A DNA stretch of 64,000 bases, taken from Candidatus Saccharimonadota bacterium. Lineage in GTDB: Bacteria > Patescibacteriota > Saccharimonadia > Saccharimonadales > SLHW01. The stretch lies in the NCBI GenBank assembly GCA_050486305.1, contig JBJHDA010000001.1, forward strand, positions 563,071-627,070, given 5' to 3'. Both the position numbers and the translations under genes were made by a program. Below, one piece after another: positions 31,405-40,388 of the stretch (positions are counted from its first letter, which is position 1; every line of letters starts with the position of its first letter). Under the pieces are notes generated by a model that was given only the letters and a program-made list of their open reading frames with translations, did no database searches and was not told the DNA's origin.

Positions 31405-31732
31405 GGCCAAACTCCTCTCCAATCCCGTCGTTTCTATCCGCAGCGTCTTGTGCTGCCCGGGTTATCTTTTCTATATCAGCCTGGCTGAACTCCTGGGTAG
31501 TATCAACGACCGGCTGGTTCGCCTGTGCTCCCGCTTCAAAATCTACCTGCACAGCACTATTCGAGCGCGGCTGATCTGTCTCAGATGTGTGTACTCCCAT
31601 TTCGCGCAGCGCATGGCCAAGCAGCCCGACAGCAACATCGATCTCCCAGACTCTGTCTTGCTCGACCCTCGTTGGCGGGAACTCTCTGCGGTTATCCTTC
31701 GTTTCCGGTGATAAAAGTTTTCGTATACTCAT
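31385..31732 (-). CDS. hypothetical acidic protein (115 aa)
   Basis: Track ORF that overlaps the downstream gene start. No family recognised. Confidence 0.45.
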   Translation of the reverse strand: MSIRKLLSPETKDNRREFPPTRVEQDRVWEIDVAVGLLGHALREMGVHTSETDQPRSNSAVQVDFEAGAQANQPVVDTTQEFSQADIEKITRAAQDAADRNDGIGEEFGHAEKAA

Positions 31733-31739
31733 AAGTCAA

Positions 31740-32510
31740 TTAGTTTAGCTGAAACAGTGTTTTGGCATTAGCCGTCGTGGCACTCGCAATTTCTTCAAGC
31801 GGTTCACTCCGTAAATGTGCCAAAAACCTCCCTGTCTCCACTATGTGTTTCGGCTCGCAAATAGTACCACGGAAGGGCTTCGGTGTCAAGAAGGGCGCAT
31901 CTGTTTCCAACAATAAATTCTTAAGCGGAACCGCTTTGGCCATCTCTAGCTGAGCGTGGTCTTTGGTAAAGGTCATAATGCCGTTAAGGCCAACGTATAG
32001 ATTACGCTGCAGCACTTTATCGAGCACTTTTTTGCCTGCCGTAAAGCTATGCACTACGCCGTTTATACCAGGAAAATTATCCAAAAGCGGGAAAAAATCA
32101 TCAAACGCGTCCCGCACGTGGAAAATAACCGGCAATTTTGCATCATGCGCCAGCTGGAGCTGCTGCTCAAACAGCGTAACCTGTGCCTCACGAGGGGAAT
32201 TGTCATAGTAATAATCCAAGCCGCATTCGCCGATGGCGACCGTTGGCTCGGCTCGGGCAAGCTGTCGGAGTTGGTCGATTGCGGATTGGTCACCAAGATA
32301 CTGCTGCGCATGATGCGGATGGATGCCGACTGATGCCCACGCGCCATCGTGCTCAGCAGCAAACGCCACGCCGCGTTGACTGTCAGCTAGCGTACAGCCG
32401 ACAAGAATCATTTTTGTTACACCGTCTTTTATGGCTGCTTGAAACGTCTCTTCAGCGTCCAGTCCATAATCTTCAAAATGTATGTGACAATGCGTGTCAA
32501 CAAACTCCAT
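31740..32510 (-). CDS. tatD: TatD-family metal-dependent DNase/hydrolase
   Basis: FVDTHCHIHF metal-binding start, GECGLDYYY and VHSFTG motifs. Confidence 0.9.
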   Translation of the reverse strand: MEFVDTHCHIHFEDYGLDAEETFQAAIKDGVTKMILVGCTLADSQRGVAFAAEHDGAWASVGIHPHHAQQYLGDQSAIDQLRQLARAEPTVAIGECGLDYYYDNSPREAQVTLFEQQLQLAHDAKLPVIFHVRDAFDDFFPLLDNFPGINGVVHSFTAGKKVLDKVLQRNLYVGLNGIMTFTKDHAQLEMAKAVPLKNLLLETDAPFLTPKPFRGTICEPKHIVETGRFLAHLRSEPLEEIASATTANAKTLFQLN

Positions 32511-32518
32511 AAGCTAGC

Positions 32519-33964
32519 TTACTCCTGGGGTGCTGCTTCAACCCGAGGAAACAGCGTCTGGTCCGGCAGCACAATCGGACTCGCCTGTAGCGACGACTCG
32601 ATTGCCGCTGCAGTTTCAGGGAGAAATGGCTGCAGCAAGGCAGCGATTTGTAGCAAGCTGCCAGCCTGGTATGTTAAGACGCTGTCGAGCCGTGCAGTAT
32701 CACCCTCTTTCGCGATAACCCAGGGCTTTTCCTCGTCAATATACTGGTTGAGGCCGCGGACCATGTGCCACACACTCTCCAGCGCCCGATCAAATTGGCA
32801 AAGCTCCATTGCCTCGTGGTAACGTGCCTCATCATGCGTTGCAGCCGAAATATCATGTAGCTGTCCGTGCCGATACTTTACGATCATCGCGATAGTACGC
32901 TGAACGGCGTTGCCCAGCTCATTGCCAAGTTCGCTGGTGTACGCCGCATGGAACTTTTCCCACGTAAAGTCGCCGTCGCCGGATGATGGAATGTGCCGCA
33001 GCAAGTAGTAACGGAGCGCGTCGGTGCCGTATGTATCGACAACCTCTTTCGGGTGCACAACGTTGCCAATGCTCTTGCTGATTTTCTTGCTGTTGATGTT
33101 GATAAAGCCGTGCACATAGAGCTTCTTTGGCAGCGCAATATCAAGCCCGAGCAAAATACCCGGCCAAATTGCCGCGTGAAACCGCAGAATGTCCTTGCCG
33201 ATAACCTGTACGTCAGCTGGCCAAAATTCCTTGAAATCTTCCTTTTCCGGGTAGCCGAGTACGGTAATGTAGTTCATCAGCGCCTCGAACCAGACATACA
33301 TGACCTGCGTTTTGTCGCCTGGCACCGGCACACCCCACGGAAGCTTCTCGACCGGCCGGGAAATACTGATATCTTCCAGCCCGTCTTTTACGACGTTTAA
33401 AATCTCGCTCTTACGGCTGACCGGCAAGATGAGCAATCGGTCGCTTTCTATCGCCTGCTGGATTTCATCAGAGTATTTGCTGAGTTTAAAGAAATAATTC
33501 TCTTCCTCCAGCACCTGGTACTTTTTCTGGTGGTCCGGGCATTTGCCGTTGTTTTCTTTCGCCGCTGCCTCTGTAACGTACGCCTCGCAGCCAACACAGT
33601 ACAGACCCTTGTACGAGTCCTTGTAAATATCGGCTTTTAGCGCCTTCCAGATTTCTTTCGCGCGCTTTTCGTGGTCTTCGTCCGTGGTACGGATAAACCT
33701 ATCATGGCTGGAGTTGACAACGCTGCCCAGCGTCCGGAAATTCTCGCTCATTTCATCGGTCAGTTTACGCGGCTCGACGCCTTTTTCCTTTGCCTTTTCG
33801 TAAATCTTCGTGCCGTGCTCGTCTGTTCCGGTAGAGAACAGCACGTTTTCGCCCTGCTGACGGGCGTAACGAGCCAGCACATCGGTCTGGATGAGTTCCA
33901 GCGCAAACCCGATATGCGGGTCAGCATTTGCATATGGTATTGATGTGGTAACGTAATAGCTCAT
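32519..33964 (-). CDS. metG: methionine--tRNA ligase, minimal form (481 aa)
   Basis: HIGH-type PYANADPHIGF and KMSKS-type KISKS. Zinc knuckle CVGCEAY...CPDH. No C-terminal tRNA-binding appendix. Confidence 0.95.
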   Translation of the reverse strand: MSYYVTTSIPYANADPHIGFALELIQTDVLARYARQQGENVLFSTGTDEHGTKIYEKAKEKGVEPRKLTDEMSENFRTLGSVVNSSHDRFIRTTDEDHEKRAKEIWKALKADIYKDSYKGLYCVGCEAYVTEAAAKENNGKCPDHQKKYQVLEEENYFFKLSKYSDEIQQAIESDRLLILPVSRKSEILNVVKDGLEDISISRPVEKLPWGVPVPGDKTQVMYVWFEALMNYITVLGYPEKEDFKEFWPADVQVIGKDILRFHAAIWPGILLGLDIALPKKLYVHGFININSKKISKSIGNVVHPKEVVDTYGTDALRYYLLRHIPSSGDGDFTWEKFHAAYTSELGNELGNAVQRTIAMIVKYRHGQLHDISAATHDEARYHEAMELCQFDRALESVWHMVRGLNQYIDEEKPWVIAKEGDTARLDSVLTYQAGSLLQIAALLQPFLPETAAAIESSLQASPIVLPDQTLFPRVEAAPQE

Positions 33965-34053
33965 TCAATTCGTCTCTCATCGATTGCCGCTGGTAAAAGG
34001 CGCCAAAATTCTGCTTTATTATTTACTGTAACAGTATAGCGGATGGTGTTATT

Positions 34054-34218
34054 TTATCCACTCGAACTAAAATGCCACAGCTCGCAATGCTTACACCGAT
34101 ACACTTTCAGCACGCTCCCGTGCTGCCAGCTGGCGGCTAGCGCATTAGCTTCGGCCTCGTCTTTGCTGTCAAAAGCCATTTTGTCTGCACATGGCAACTG
34201 GGTAGCCTCTTCACTCAT
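34054..34218 (-). CDS. small zinc-ribbon-like protein (54 aa), tentative
   Basis: Below the track cut-off. Translation is MSEEATQLPCADKMAFDSKDEAEANALAASWQHGSVLKVYRCKHCELWHFSSSG. The C..K..F.s..eA...YrC..C..WH pattern recalls a widespread small Zn-ribbon family. Confidence 0.4.
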   Translation of the reverse strand: MSEEATQLPCADKMAFDSKDEAEANALAASWQHGSVLKVYRCKHCELWHFSSSG

Positions 34219-34241
34219 TCATTACAGTTTACAACACGGGC

Positions 34242-34265
34242 AATACGCAAGTCGACTTGCGTATT
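34242..34265. repeat. perfect 24-nt palindrome AATACGCAAGTCGACTTGCGTATT
   Basis: Read directly from the sequence. Lies between the 200-aa gene stop and the small ORF start. It shares the outer AATAC...GTATT shell with the palindrome family listed below. Confidence 0.9.
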
Positions 34266-34275
34266 CAGCTTGAGG

Positions 34276-34878
34276 TTAATAATGGTTAACTGCCTGGAGG
34301 GCGTCGGCCGAGATAGCTTGCACGACCCGAAAGTAGCCTTGGCAGGCTTCCTCTCTGTGCGGTTCACGCAGAGGAAAGTGCCGCGTATCTTCGCCCTTTC
34401 TGCGATCAACAGCAAACATACCAATCATATCCGCAAGCGTGTCTCCCATGCGTTCACGCCGACCCACTGGTATTTCTGTCATGAGTACGTCCTTCTCATC
34501 AGCAGTCCGGACTGCGCAGTACACCGTATCTTCACCCGGGGCTGTGACGATAAGCTCAGTTTCACTGTCTAGACACCTGCGCAAAACAAGTTCCGGCTCC
34601 TCCGGCGGAACGCTCAGGTCGTCTCCCCTCTTTCGATACCCAAAATCAAGCTGCTGGAGCGTACCGTGTGATTGCACGAGTGCATGCAGGCTCAGCCCAG
34701 CCCTACCGAGCGCCTGGCGCAGCTTCTCTAACGTAGACACGTTTTCTGCTTTTTCTTCGGTCAGACGGGAAAGCTCCTCTACCGCTGAACTGCACCGTTC
34801 CCGCGCTGCCTCGCTTATACCGCACTCGCCGAACAACAGCTCTCCACTGCTATCGGGCATAAACGGTACCTCAGCCAT
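34276..34878 (-). CDS. hypothetical protein (200 aa)
   Basis: Track ORF with no recognised family. No Shine-Dalgarno box. ATATATAGATT lies directly before the ATG. Confidence 0.5.
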   Translation of the reverse strand: MAEVPFMPDSSGELLFGECGISEAARERCSSAVEELSRLTEEKAENVSTLEKLRQALGRAGLSLHALVQSHGTLQQLDFGYRKRGDDLSVPPEEPELVLRRCLDSETELIVTAPGEDTVYCAVRTADEKDVLMTEIPVGRRERMGDTLADMIGMFAVDRRKGEDTRHFPLREPHREEACQGYFRVVQAISADALQAVNHY

Positions 34879-34931
34879 AATCTATATATGGTGCCATAAA
34901 TATGCCCTATAAGCAATAGCGTAAAGCCTCT

Positions 34932-35381
34932 TTACCGGTCTGTGCGGTCGGCTTCCGCGAGCCAGTCTGCCACCTGGTTTACAGCCTCTAAGTACTCGTT
35001 AAATTGTTTTGGATTCGCCTCACCAACCACGAATGAAAAATTTTTGTAATCAAATTTCGGACCAATACGCCCATCGCCGCTCGTATAATCGACTATGTGA
35101 TTTATCTGGTACGAGATTGTCTCTTGGCTGATTGTTCTCCCTAAAAATCTGGCGACTTTGCTGGTTCGTATCACCTCTCTGGTGTCGATATTGCCAACCA
35201 CATCCAACCCGTGCGACACTTCGCGGTCCACTCCCGTGCCTGCCAAACTCCTGGAACTTCTAGGAGGCTTCCCTCGGTAATGTGCATAATTCTCAAACGG
35301 AAACCGCTCTATAAATTCATCTGCCAGCAAGATAAGCTCTCGCTCCAGAATCTCGATATCAAGATAATCAGCCTCTCCCAT
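34932..35381 (-). CDS. hypothetical protein (149 aa)
   Basis: Track ORF. An extended -10-like TGGGATAAT lies 6 nt upstream of the ATG, with no Shine-Dalgarno box. Confidence 0.5.
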   Translation of the reverse strand: MGEADYLDIEILERELILLADEFIERFPFENYAHYRGKPPRSSRSLAGTGVDREVSHGLDVVGNIDTREVIRTSKVARFLGRTISQETISYQINHIVDYTSGDGRIGPKFDYKNFSFVVGEANPKQFNEYLEAVNQVADWLAEADRTDR

Positions 35382-35426
35382 CTATATATTATCCCACCAT
35401 ATACAACCATGCGCCACTGGTACACC

Positions 35427-36125
35427 TTAATCACAAATCCTCAGCGTTTTTTTGCCGGCCCTGACGATTGGCACAACCTTTTGCCGAAATCCGACGGGTA
35501 CATGCCTCCGGTACAGGTTCCGCGCAGTCAAGTATGTACTGCTGCGGTTAAGCCGCCGCAACTCGTTAAACGCGCCATAGAGGTCATCGCGCTTCTTTTC
35601 ACTTAAGCCGATTTCCGAATGAGCGTTTTCTAATATCTCTGCTGTGATGTCATCTTTCACTCGAGCTCTATCTAGCCGATGAATGGCTTTATGCGTCTGG
35701 ATTGGTACCGTTTTTACGATTGCGCCACAGATACCTTTCGCCTCAACTGGCTCCATTACATCCGGATGAAGCTGCTCGGCGAAATTATGGTACTCAGCTA
35801 CTAGATACCATTCTCCTCTGTCACGAACTAATGAAGAGTACTTCCCCCGGAAACCCGATGCATCCACCGGGTATGGAGCATAACTGGTCGCTTCTTCTGC
35901 AGATAAACCGAGTATATCGATATCCCTCGGGTTAGCTATCGTCCCAAGCGGGTGCTGACGGCGAACTTCGTATTCGTGATGTGGCCTGTCGTACAGTGAA
36001 CCGTAGATAGCGCTTCGCCCAACGGAGCCAACAATCAAGACATCCTCTCGTTTGAGTCCATTAAGATTCTCCAACTGAGAGACCATTGCCTCCGCCGAAT
36101 ACACCTGCGTGTCTACTTCAATCAT
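35427..36125 (-). CDS. putative nucleotidyltransferase-fold protein (232 aa)
   Basis: LIVGSVGRSAIYG ... PRDIDILGL resembles the G-S-x-G ... D-x-D signature of Pol-beta-type NTases, with an unusually long spacer. This is a weak call. Confidence 0.45.
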   Translation of the reverse strand: MIEVDTQVYSAEAMVSQLENLNGLKREDVLIVGSVGRSAIYGSLYDRPHHEYEVRRQHPLGTIANPRDIDILGLSAEEATSYAPYPVDASGFRGKYSSLVRDRGEWYLVAEYHNFAEQLHPDVMEPVEAKGICGAIVKTVPIQTHKAIHRLDRARVKDDITAEILENAHSEIGLSEKKRDDLYGAFNELRRLNRSSTYLTARNLYRRHVPVGFRQKVVPIVRAGKKTLRICD

Positions 36126-36132
36126 CTGATTA

Positions 36133-36160
36133 TTTATACAATACTATGGTATTTTGTCAA
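36133..36160 (-). promoter_or_regulatory. sigma-70-like promoter abutting the start codon (leaderless configuration)
   Basis: On the minus strand: TTGACA, a 16-nt spacer, TATAAA, then 7 nt to the ATG at 36125. No Shine-Dalgarno box. Confidence 0.5.
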
Positions 36161-36202
36161 TTGTAGCTACTCTCATAATTACACAACTCAGAATGCAGCT
36201 AA

Positions 36203-36228
36203 AAAATACTTGCCCGGGCAAGTATTTT
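36203..36228. repeat. palindrome family copy A: AAAATACTTGCCCGGGCAAGTATTTT
   Basis: Perfect 26-nt palindrome in the divergent region between the NTase-like gene and dut. Confidence 0.9.
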
Positions 36229-36272
36229 GCTCATGCTTGCGTATTGTCGGTCTAGCGGCGATACTCTTGGCA

Positions 36273-37016
36273 ATGAAAGAGCGCCACGGCACCCCACTCC
36301 CGGACGATCAACTGGAAACACGACTTCTGAGAGTGGAAAATGAACTCGACGCCCTGCTGCAAACCGTAGGCAGCATTGCTACTTTCAGAGCATTATCAGA
36401 GGTTGATATATACACCTTTGAAGGCGGCGCTGAACCTGTCAGGCAAACCGAAGGCGCTATCGGTTATGACGCCTTTTCCCGGGCAATCGTCGACCCGTTA
36501 ACAAAGCCGACAGCGAAAATGCCACTGCGCCAAACATTGGCTGACTTCAACAAAACTCCCGGATGGGAAACCCGCATTAACCCCTCTATAAGAGATTGGG
36601 TTATCGAAGATACGCCGGACAATACCAAATACGAAGTAGCTCTGCCGCCAGGCGAACGGCTGATGATCGGCCTTGGCTTTGCGACAAAAATGGAGTTCCC
36701 TATGTTTTACTGGGTCGCTCCAAGGAGCGGCTATGCAGCCCGTGGTATTACCGTTGCCAATAGCCCTGGCACCGTCGACCCTGACTACCGCGGCGAAGCA
36801 GGAGCACTGATCGAAAACAATTCCGGAGAAGATTTCATCATCGGCCACAATATGCGTGTCGTACAGGTTATTTTCAGTCTTGCACTGATTCCGCACATCA
36901 ATACAGTCGGTTCACATGCTGAACTCGGCGACACTGCTCGCGGTGCCGGCGGCTTCGGCTCAACCGGGACCCACGGCAACTTCCTCGACCAAAACGGCAA
37001 TCCGGAAAATACTTGA
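36273..37016 (+). CDS. dut: dUTP diphosphatase with N-terminal extension and internal insertion
   Basis: Motifs AIGYD, PRSGYA, GTVDPDYRGE and RGAGGFGSTG. The track start at 36210 (TTG) lies inside palindrome A, so the ATG at 36273 is preferred. Confidence 0.8.
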   Translation: MKERHGTPLPDDQLETRLLRVENELDALLQTVGSIATFRALSEVDIYTFEGGAEPVRQTEGAIGYDAFSRAIVDPLTKPTAKMPLRQTLADFNKTPGWETRINPSIRDWVIEDTPDNTKYEVALPPGERLMIGLGFATKMEFPMFYWVAPRSGYAARGITVANSPGTVDPDYRGEAGALIENNSGEDFIIGHNMRVVQVIFSLALIPHINTVGSHAELGDTARGAGGFGSTGTHGNFLDQNGNPENT

Positions 37017-37031
37017 TGCGTCAAGTATTTT
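37006..37031. terminator. palindrome family copy B, a bidirectional terminator-like hairpin shared by convergent dut and CYTH genes
   Basis: AAAATACTTGA-TGCG-TCAAGTATTTT with A- and T-tracts. The dut stop codon lies in the left arm and the CYTH stop is 8 nt beyond the T-tract. Confidence 0.7.
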
Positions 37032-37040
37032 TTAACTCTG

Positions 37041-37631
37041 TTATTTACGCGTTTTCTCAAGCCAATCGGGTATATCAATGAATTTTATTTCTGGCCAGGT
37101 ATTTATCTCTTCTTCGGTAACGTCATATACCGCCTGATAAGCCGTTTCTACACTTCCGTGCAGCGCTTTGTCATAATCCAGGCCCAGCTTATCGGCTGTT
37201 TCTTTTAGTTGTTTCTCGTCTGGTGCTTCAATTTCTACAAGCGATGGAATCCACGGCCAAGTGTCAAGCTCTATTTCGATATCACCGAGCTTCCAGCTCT
37301 CACGCTTAGTCTCCTGATATGATTTTCGTTCCAGGCCAATATTTTCAAGGAACATACATGTTGCCTCAAAATCATCAACGGCTACAGTGACCTCTTTGGT
37401 GCCATGCAGCGTCCGATCGTTCAGCTGCTTGTAGCTGAGAGTTGTCTTATCACCCTCATCTCTCACGCGCACCCAGCCCTTCTTAGCCTCAAGGGAACCA
37501 TCGGCAAAATCGAAAACGCTCCGAACCATCAGTCGTTCCGGCTGAACCAGCTCTGCGCCAATCTTCTTCAACTTTGCGCGTAGCTCGTCCTTATCGACAT
37601 TCAGCCACTTCGCCTCAATCTCAGTTTGCAT
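37041..37631 (-). CDS. CYTH-domain protein (triphosphate tunnel metalloenzyme / class IV adenylate cyclase-like)
   Basis: N-terminal EIEAKW (E-x-E-x-K) signature and a length of about 190 aa. Confidence 0.75.
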   Translation of the reverse strand: MQTEIEAKWLNVDKDELRAKLKKIGAELVQPERLMVRSVFDFADGSLEAKKGWVRVRDEGDKTTLSYKQLNDRTLHGTKEVTVAVDDFEATCMFLENIGLERKSYQETKRESWKLGDIEIELDTWPWIPSLVEIEAPDEKQLKETADKLGLDYDKALHGSVETAYQAVYDVTEEEINTWPEIKFIDIPDWLEKTRK

Positions 37632-37651
37632 ACCCTTACTTTACCAAATAC

Positions 37652-37675
37652 AAAAATACTTGCCCGGGCAAGCAT
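37652..37675. repeat. palindrome family copy C (degenerate right arm)
   Basis: AAAAATACTTGCCCGGGCAAGCAT, 21 nt upstream of the CYTH start. Confidence 0.75.
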
Positions 37676-37820
37676 CTCCACCCACACTCCAAAACCACCT
37701 CAACTCCGGCGGCCGCCTCCCCCTCCGCTAAATCAGAAATACTTAACACTTCAGGTAATTTACCAGTAGATAGCTTACCGGTGCTTAGTAGTTGCCAGGA
37801 TAATTCTTCGGCGAGCGTGT

Positions 37821-38312
37821 TTACGCGTTGGGCGCTTCGCTCGCGAGCTTATCGAACGTTTCGCTCCAGCCTTGCTCCATACCGGATCGAATCTCAGCAC
37901 TGACCTTGTCCACACCTTCGTGAACGAGCGTTAACTTGGTTTTGTCTGGACTGATTTCTTCGAATGTAATTGTTATCAGCATCTCTAGTGGATGTTCTTC
38001 CATATCATAATAAGATGCTGGCACAACGTTGCCGTGCTCGTCAGCGAAACTGTCAGTCATTACAATCTTCTCCATGGGCACTATCTCTTTATATGTTCCG
38101 GTGCTGAATATCTCCCTGCCGTCAAAGAAGTCTGGCGAGGCCATACTGAACAGGAACTTTCCCCCTTCGCGGAAATCAATCTGTACGGTTGGCGCTTTGA
38201 ATCCGCTTGGCCCCCACCATTTCGCGATTAAATCCTCTTGTGCCCAGGCTTGCCAGAGTTTTTCTCGAGATACGTTAAATACTCGCTCAATTACTAAGTT
38301 TTTTTCGTTCAT
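37821..38312 (-). CDS. SRPBCC / AHSA1-like domain protein
   Basis: VIERVFNVSREKLWQAWAQEDLIAKWWGP is a typical AHSA1-family opening. It sits immediately downstream of the ArsR regulator, a common pairing. Confidence 0.75.
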   Translation of the reverse strand: MNEKNLVIERVFNVSREKLWQAWAQEDLIAKWWGPSGFKAPTVQIDFREGGKFLFSMASPDFFDGREIFSTGTYKEIVPMEKIVMTDSFADEHGNVVPASYYDMEEHPLEMLITITFEEISPDKTKLTLVHEGVDKVSAEIRSGMEQGWSETFDKLASEAPNA

Positions 38313-38313
38313 G

Positions 38314-38637
38314 CTATTGCTCCTTTAATACGTTTTCTAAATTATCAAATCGCTGAGTCCATAGTGCCTGGTACTGCTCTAGATATTTATAGGCATAACT
38401 TATGGTCTGAGGATTTGCAGAAATAAATTGTTTTTTACCCTCCTTACGTTTCTTTATCAGCTTGGCGTGCTCTAATACATTCAGGTGTTTTGCTACTGCA
38501 GCGAAAGACATCTTATAATTTTCCGCCAACTCGGAAATAGTTAATTCATGTTGACTGACTCGCTGTAAAATATCTCGACGCGTCGCATCGGCGAGCGACT
38601 GAAACACCGAATCATATTGAAATGTATATTCAACCAT
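38314..38637 (-). CDS. ArsR/SmtB-family transcriptional regulator
   Basis: FQSLADATRRDILQRV...LTISELAENYKMSFAAVAKHLNVLEHAKLI is a wHTH pattern. Confidence 0.85.
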   Translation of the reverse strand: MVEYTFQYDSVFQSLADATRRDILQRVSQHELTISELAENYKMSFAAVAKHLNVLEHAKLIKKRKEGKKQFISANPQTISYAYKYLEQYQALWTQRFDNLENVLKEQ

Positions 38638-38699
38638 ATAGTTGAATGTTAACGCACCTCCCTCAGGATGTCAACAAAAGTACTAGCTATCATACAAAT

Positions 38700-38760
38700 A
38701 ATACTTGACCCTACTTCGTCCACAGGCTTCGACTTCGAAGGACACGGCGCGTCAAGTATT
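38700..38760. repeat. palindrome family copy D (arms AATACTTGAC / GTCAAGTATT separated by a 41-nt insert)
   Basis: Read directly from the sequence. Lies 63 nt upstream of the ArsR start. Confidence 0.7.
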
Positions 38761-38827
38761 CATTTACAACAGTTTCACCTACGTGTATTTTATGAAAATT
38801 AAAAAATAATCAGGCAGTTAAAATGAT

Positions 38828-40033
38828 CTACCGTCTCGAGTTCATGGCGTAATTTTTAGTCGATACACCATATTTTTTTGCCGAGCGCATGACTGACTTA
38901 CGAAGTAGCTCTTTTAAATCTTGCTTTGTGGCTATGCCGTTATCGTATGCGCACCGAAAAACGTCTCTAATATCGTTTATCCTATCGAAGTTTGGGTACT
39001 TTTTCTTGAAAGACTTGACTAGCGTGTCCTGTGCTTCTGTTTCTATGTATTCAGATCTTGAACTATTAAATGATTCTTGGCGTGGAAATTTTGCAGGATT
39101 AGGCTCTTCGGCTAGGAATACCATAGGAAGGTCAGTTTGACGGCCGCGCTCAAGCTTGCCTCTTTCTGTTTCAAAAACTCCTGGCGCTTCAGCGTACAAA
39201 TCTTTCAGTATGTCAGCAACTGCCACCATGCCACTGTGTGTCTTTATTACAAATAGCAGATTGTCTCTTCTGAGTACCGTGTGTTCACCCTTTGCAGTTG
39301 ATACGTCCCATAGCTTTCCGTAGATTGATTTATCATAAATATCATCCATTCTGCGCACAGTCTCAGCCGCAACATGTCCAACCGCTTCGGGCTGCGTATG
39401 AACGTATACTCGCATTGGATGGTCAAGTAAGTCTTCTTCGTTGGCCGGCTTTTCATATGTGCCGAAGTGCAAAAATTTACCATCAAAGTGCTCTCGCTGA
39501 AACAATTCGTGGTACTTAACTCTCTTGTCTACCTGGTAGTGCACTTGCTTGCCTTGCCTAAGTAGCTCTTGTTTCTTGTCTTTATTGCTTTCATCCTCTA
39601 GCTGATAGAGCCTTAATCTGGCTTCGTCGATATCAGTAAACGTACCCTTCGGTAAGCCCCATGCTGCCTCAAACAGCCATGCAATTCCCTGCTGAGCTTT
39701 CGCTTTTTGTTCATCATCCAAGGTTTCATTTATAGAATAATACCCTTCTGCTTTTTGCTCACCTAGCAATACATCAACATACAAATCGTCATCTGCAGTT
39801 ACCTGAAACTCTGGTGGGTCCATACTTGTTTGATTGAAAAATCCCCAGCCACCTTCGTATGAGGCAAGGGTTTCCTCGCTGAGCTGAACTTCGCCTGCGT
39901 CAAGCATACCCCTCGCAGCCAGATGACGATGAGCGTGTGGCTGAATAGCAGGATGATAACTGTCTATACCCTGTAAAGTATCTTTCCATGTAAGGCTACT
40001 AGACGGTTCTGTTTGTGAATTCTTTTCTAACAT
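38828..40033 (-). CDS. hypothetical protein (about 401 aa)
   Basis: Track ORF extends to 40105 via a TTG that touches palindrome E, so the ATG at 40033 (MLEKNSQ) is preferred. Visibly lower GC than its neighbours. No family recognised. Confidence 0.55.
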   Translation of the reverse strand: MLEKNSQTEPSSSLTWKDTLQGIDSYHPAIQPHAHRHLAARGMLDAGEVQLSEETLASYEGGWGFFNQTSMDPPEFQVTADDDLYVDVLLGEQKAEGYYSINETLDDEQKAKAQQGIAWLFEAAWGLPKGTFTDIDEARLRLYQLEDESNKDKKQELLRQGKQVHYQVDKRVKYHELFQREHFDGKFLHFGTYEKPANEEDLLDHPMRVYVHTQPEAVGHVAAETVRRMDDIYDKSIYGKLWDVSTAKGEHTVLRRDNLLFVIKTHSGMVAVADILKDLYAEAPGVFETERGKLERGRQTDLPMVFLAEEPNPAKFPRQESFNSSRSEYIETEAQDTLVKSFKKKYPNFDRINDIRDVFRCAYDNGIATKQDLKELLRKSVMRSAKKYGVSTKNYAMNSRR

Positions 40034-40105
40034 TTTTGTTCTTAATTGTTGTACTAATTTTACCACGACTTTACTGGCCTGCAGTTGAAGGACTAAGCAC
40101 CTCAA

Positions 40106-40133
40106 AAAAATACTTGCCTGGACAAGTATTTTT
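40106..40133. repeat. palindrome family copy E: AAAAATACTTG-CCTGGA-CAAGTATTTTT
   Basis: Read directly from the sequence. Lies between the trehalase stop and the 401-aa gene start. Confidence 0.85.
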
Positions 40134-40388
40134 CTATTCCTGTAATTTCTAGGGTCGTAGACTACTTGGAGGGCTGGCAGGCTTGAGCGTAATTTTGGAT
40201 TCCTATCGGTGGTCTACTAGATTGCCTCTGATAACTGTCTGCTCTAGTGCTAGGCAAGGCGCTGATGAGTAACGCACTGAGGCGTATAAACAATACGTCG
40301 AAGGAGTAACGCAAACAGCAACGAAGCATAGTGCAGAGAGTTTTGCTGGCACAGCTGGCTCTGCCAGCTGACAGAGTAAAACGGCAGA

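Noticed and set aside
36203-40133. Palindromes as integron attC sites delimiting cassettes.
   Set aside because: No R''/R' core sites (RYYYAAC / GTTRRRY), no extrahelical-base asymmetry, no integron integrase, and the gene orientations are mixed. The arms are perfect palindromes with A/T tracts, which fits terminators or operators better.
40140-40388. Possible ncRNA or pseudogene in the 250-nt gap downstream of the trehalase gene, including the 8-bp hairpin CAGCTGGC-TCT-GCCAGCTG and the track ORF 40250..40444.
   Set aside because: No recognisable RNA family motifs, no U-tract, and the ORF has no RBS and overlaps the trehalase 3' end. There is not enough evidence to call anything.
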